The position numbers were made by a program, and so were the translations under genes. From assembly GCF_000315625.1 (NCBI RefSeq), contig NW_005434469.1:1-47224 (forward strand): a stretch of DNA of 47,224 nucleotides, written 5' to 3'. The stretch's first letter is position 1. Each line of letters starts with the position of its first letter. Shown piece after piece: positions 39,241 through 47,224 of this stretch. The notes under the pieces were generated by a model. It was given only the letters and a program-made list of their open reading frames with translations, was not told the DNA's origin and searched no databases. This DNA is from Guillardia theta CCMP2712. Lineage: Eukaryota; Protista; Cryptophyta.

Positions 39241-40335
39241 ATGGGAAACCCGCCGCCTCCCGCAGAGCTGCTCGCGATGGGCCCGCCGAAAGGGACGAGG
39301 AGGAGGAGAGGAGAGGTGGTAGAGATCGCACAAGGACAGCAGGAGGAGGAGGGAGCGGGAGCGATCGACGAGGGTACCCGAGTGCAGCTGGTTGAGGCTG
39401 TGAAAGGACTAATGCGAACTCAGATCAGCTCAGGGAGGCAGGTAGGGATGCAGGTGTCAGTGTACTGGAAGGGAGAGGAGGTAGCGTGTGTGTGCGGAGG
39501 AGGATACAGGACGTCGGAGAGCAAGGAGTGGAAGCCTGTGACGAGGGACACGCTGTTGATGACCTACAGCGTCTGCAAGGGTGTGTCGGCAGTAGCGCTC
39601 ATGACGTGTGTTGATGCGGGGGAGTGCGCCTACTCTCAGCCCGTCTCCTCTGTGTGGAAGGAGTTCGGGCATGCAGGCAAGTCGACGATGAGCATCGCAG
39701 ATGCTGTGTCGCATCGAGGAGGGATTCCCGGCATGTCGGGGGGGGTTATCTATGCGCACATGAAAGCGGTGAGGGGCTTGCGAGGTTGAAGCGTGAGCTG
39801 CTCTCCTGATGTGAGGGTTGATCCTGCAGCTCAAGAGAGGCTGGAAGTATGCTTGGGATGCCGGCATGAAGTTTGTTGAGAAGTACAAGCCTGAATGGAA
39901 GATCGGGACCATTTCATCGTAAACGAGCTTGTTCCAGGCTGATGTCACCTTGACAGCTTCGCAGGTATCACTACGTTTCTTTCTCATGGATCATCGGCGG
40001 GATCGTTCAGTTTGCTTCAGAGAAGCACATCTACGACATAGTCCGCGAGAGGATCGCCAAGAAACTTCAGGTTGCTGACGACATGTACCTCGGCCGACTC
40101 CCAGCCAACGAGCACGGTGAGGAAGGGACTTTGCGGTGCAGCTGTTTACAGCTGAACTGTCTGGTGGACGTCAGGTCGAGCTGCTCTCCTGGAGAACCCT
40201 CGAGCTTACTCAAAGGTGAAGTGGAGCATCAGCAAGTCTCTCGCCTCCTCCATCGAAGCCAGAGCCTCCGTCAGCCTTGGAAACAGCAAAACATGGAGAG
40301 GTGAAAGGCTGTGATGGTGAAAAAAGAAGATGAAA

Positions 40336-40368
<33 letters not shown>

Positions 40369-40380
40369 CAAGATGATCAA

Positions 40381-40411
<31 letters not shown>

Positions 40412-40419
40412 ATGATGGA

Positions 40420-40501
<82 letters not shown>

Positions 40502-41256
40502 ATGATGATGATGGAGATGATTATGATGATGATGATGGAGATGATGAAGATGGTGGTGGTGGTGATGATGATGGAGATGATAATGATGATGATAATGGAG
40601 ATGAAGTAGATGATGATGACAATGACAATGACATCGATGATTGATGATGAAGGAAATTGATTATTTGGTAGCCATCTGTCTTCCTAGTTCCAACGGTTTC
40701 TTTACTTCCGATGCTGTCGCACGGATGTATGGAGCACTGAGTAACCGAGGCAAGCTTGCTGACGGTACAGCAACTTTGCCGTCTGCCTTCGTTGACATGC
40801 ATGCTGAAGGAACACAGCTTGTGTCAGCCAGCACAGTAGAACAAGTTGTGAGCGCAATGAGACTTGTTTCTAGATCCGCTGGTTGACTGTGATGGCAGGT
40901 ACAACTCATGGAGGATCCGAGCAACAACGTCGGGACTAGAGGGGATGACCTCGTCGCAAACTTGTCCCTGGGCTTCAGCCCATGGAAGAATTTCCGTGTG
41001 CATGGTAAGATGGTGGAGTGAGAGTTCGGCTGCTGATGGCTGCGCAGATGAAGGCTGCGCGTTCTGGCACTGCGGTATGGGAGGATGTATTGCGTATGGG
41101 GAGCCGAAGACTCGGTTCTCTATTGCTGTGTTCAAGACTGCGTACGAGCCAATCTCGATGTTCGATGGAGAGAACATCCCACCTGATGTGCTGGACATTG
41201 TGAAAGCGGTGAAGGAAGTGTTGAGGATTGATGTGAGAAGATACGGCGATGTGTGA
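39241..41256 (+). CDS. Beta-lactamase-fold (class C / EstA-like) serine hydrolase (multi-exon)
   Basis: GMQVSVYWKGEEV, SxxK motif YSVCKG, VSHRGG, YHYVSFSWIIGGIV, LPSSNG, FWHCGMGG (HxGxGG). Confidence 0.88.
40329..40650. repeat. (GAT)n intronic microsatellite
   Basis: Long imperfect GAT run between donor ~40301 and acceptor ~40670 of the hydrolase gene. Confidence 0.9.
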
Positions 41257-41491
41257 TGAGGTTTTCAAGTTGGAACAATAGTCACTCACTCTGACGTTTT
41301 GTCGAGCTCCTGGAAGTTTTTGGTGTTGCGAGTGAAGATGTCAAATTCTGTAGCCAGTTCGTTGCTGTCGTTCCATTCATCACACCTTGAAAGATTGTGA
41401 TCCTTGACATCAACAATGATTGGTAGATGCCATTGTTGAAAGCTTGAAACTCAACCTTTATACATCCATCTTTGATCTATACATCATTTTC

Positions 41492-46003
<4,512 letters not shown>

Positions 46004-46539
46004 TCCTGCCCCCGCCACCACCCCACCCCCCCACTCACCTCGATCTCCAGAGCTAGATTTAATAAGAGGGGTGGGGTGGTCCTTGGGGTGGTTCGCAACA
46101 GGTCGGGTGGAGGTGGGGGATGGAGAGGCTCATAACCTGTTCAAAGAGGTCAACTCACTGAGTGACTGGCCGGCATGTCCAGCGGGGGACCGGCCGAGGC
46201 CCGCCGCCCTGACACGCCATCAATGATGAGCCATGGCAGTAGAGGAGAGAAGAGGAGGGGAGGGGAGGGGAGGGGAGTGGAGAGGAGAGGAGAGGAGGGG
46301 AGGGGAGAGGGAGAGGAGAGGAGAGGAGAGGAGGAGAGAGGAGGGAAGGGGAGAGGAGGGCAGAGGAGGAGAGAGGAGGGCAGAGGAGGGCAGGGGAGGG
46401 GGGACCTGAAAAGGGGCGGGGAGCGTTTCGAATGCAGGCAACTCAAGTCAAGTGAGGTATGACGTAGAGAAGAAGGAACATTGAAATTGACAATGAGAGG
46501 AGGAAGAGAAGAGGAGAGACGAGTATCTGCTTGACATGA

Positions 46540-46950
46540 TGAATAATCTTGTGATTCAGCATCGTCTGAGAGACCAAAAGGAAAAAATGCAGCATGCTTC
46601 AAACTGTTGCATCTGTTTCACCTTAGCGACAGGTGTGTGAATACTGTTGTTCTTCCACTCCTTGTGACTTGTCTTCTCACCATACCTCATCGACCTTCTA
46701 CATCTCTTTCCTCCATCGCGACCAACTTGACTCATTGCAGGCGTCAACATCGTCGCTGTCCTTGACCTTCTGCAAGGAGCTTTGACAGGTTACACTCTTG
46801 CGATCGAGCGATCTTGACCTTCCTGCTAGTCTTCCTTGGCCTCTGCGTTCTGACGGCGCCTGAGACGTTTCATGGTGCTGAACTTGATCGTTTCCTCGTC
46901 CACCTGCTGAGATGCTTCAGGTCACCCGCTCGTGCACCACTTCCTGTACA
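46540..46950 (-). CDS. Possible 3' exons of a gene entering from the right edge
   Basis: Segments like EVVHER and VDEETIKFSTMKRLRRRQNAEAKED bounded by AG/GT; weak support. Confidence 0.25.
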
Positions 46951-47224
46951 ACGAGACAGCAAGTGAGAAGGAGGATAGGGGGAGGGGACGAGAAGAAGGA
47001 AGAGCAGGGGGGTTGGGGGGGAAAGGCCAGGAGGGGGAGGAGGGGGAGGAGGGGGAGGAGGAGAGGGAGAGGGGGAGGGGAGAGGGAGAGGAGGAGGGGA
47101 GAGGGAGAGGAGGAGGGGAGAAGAAGGGGAGGAGAGGGAGAGGGAGAGGGCGAGGGGAGAGGGAGAGGAGGAGGGGAGAGGGAGAGGAGGAGGCGACAGG
47201 AAGGCGAGGACAGGGAGAGGGAGA

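Noticed and set aside
40330-40644. Poly-Asp / poly-Met ORFs (also 22613-22798)
   Set aside because: (GAT)n microsatellite lying between splice sites.
39241-41256. Antibiotic-resistance beta-lactamase or recent bacterial transfer
   Set aside because: Multiple spliceosomal introns and EstA-like motifs fit the widespread eukaryotic serine hydrolase family; activity cannot be inferred.
46975-47224. GA-rich end as a possible telomeric repeat
   Set aside because: Irregular purine tract like other intronic tracts; no fixed unit.

Overview
Eukaryotic nuclear DNA, gene-dense, with many short GT-AG introns (often with a CTGAC/TGAC branch-like motif), abundant microsatellites and five N-gaps. The style resembles a cryptophyte such as Guillardia theta (inference from sequence style only). 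Recognisable genes: ARMC6-like, a signal-peptide TPR protein, an ankyrin-repeat protein, MYCBP, an LCAT/PLA2G15-like acyltransferase, a beta-lactamase-fold serine hydrolase, two PDZ + coiled-coil proteins and a large Roc-COR-TIR (Roco) protein. The most notable feature is a cluster of four related copies of a secreted, VLR-like LRR + Cys-rich-tail gene (16.8-26.5 kb): two near-complete copies with one frame break each and two decayed copies. Their tails are almost identical in DNA while the LRR concave-face residues differ. Also notable are an inverted pair of intronless 127-aa genes of unknown family, recurring oriented upstream motifs, a ~50-bp minisatellite and a solo-LTR-like element. No rRNA, tRNA or CRISPR was seen. 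Exon boundaries were read by eye and are approximate unless stated.
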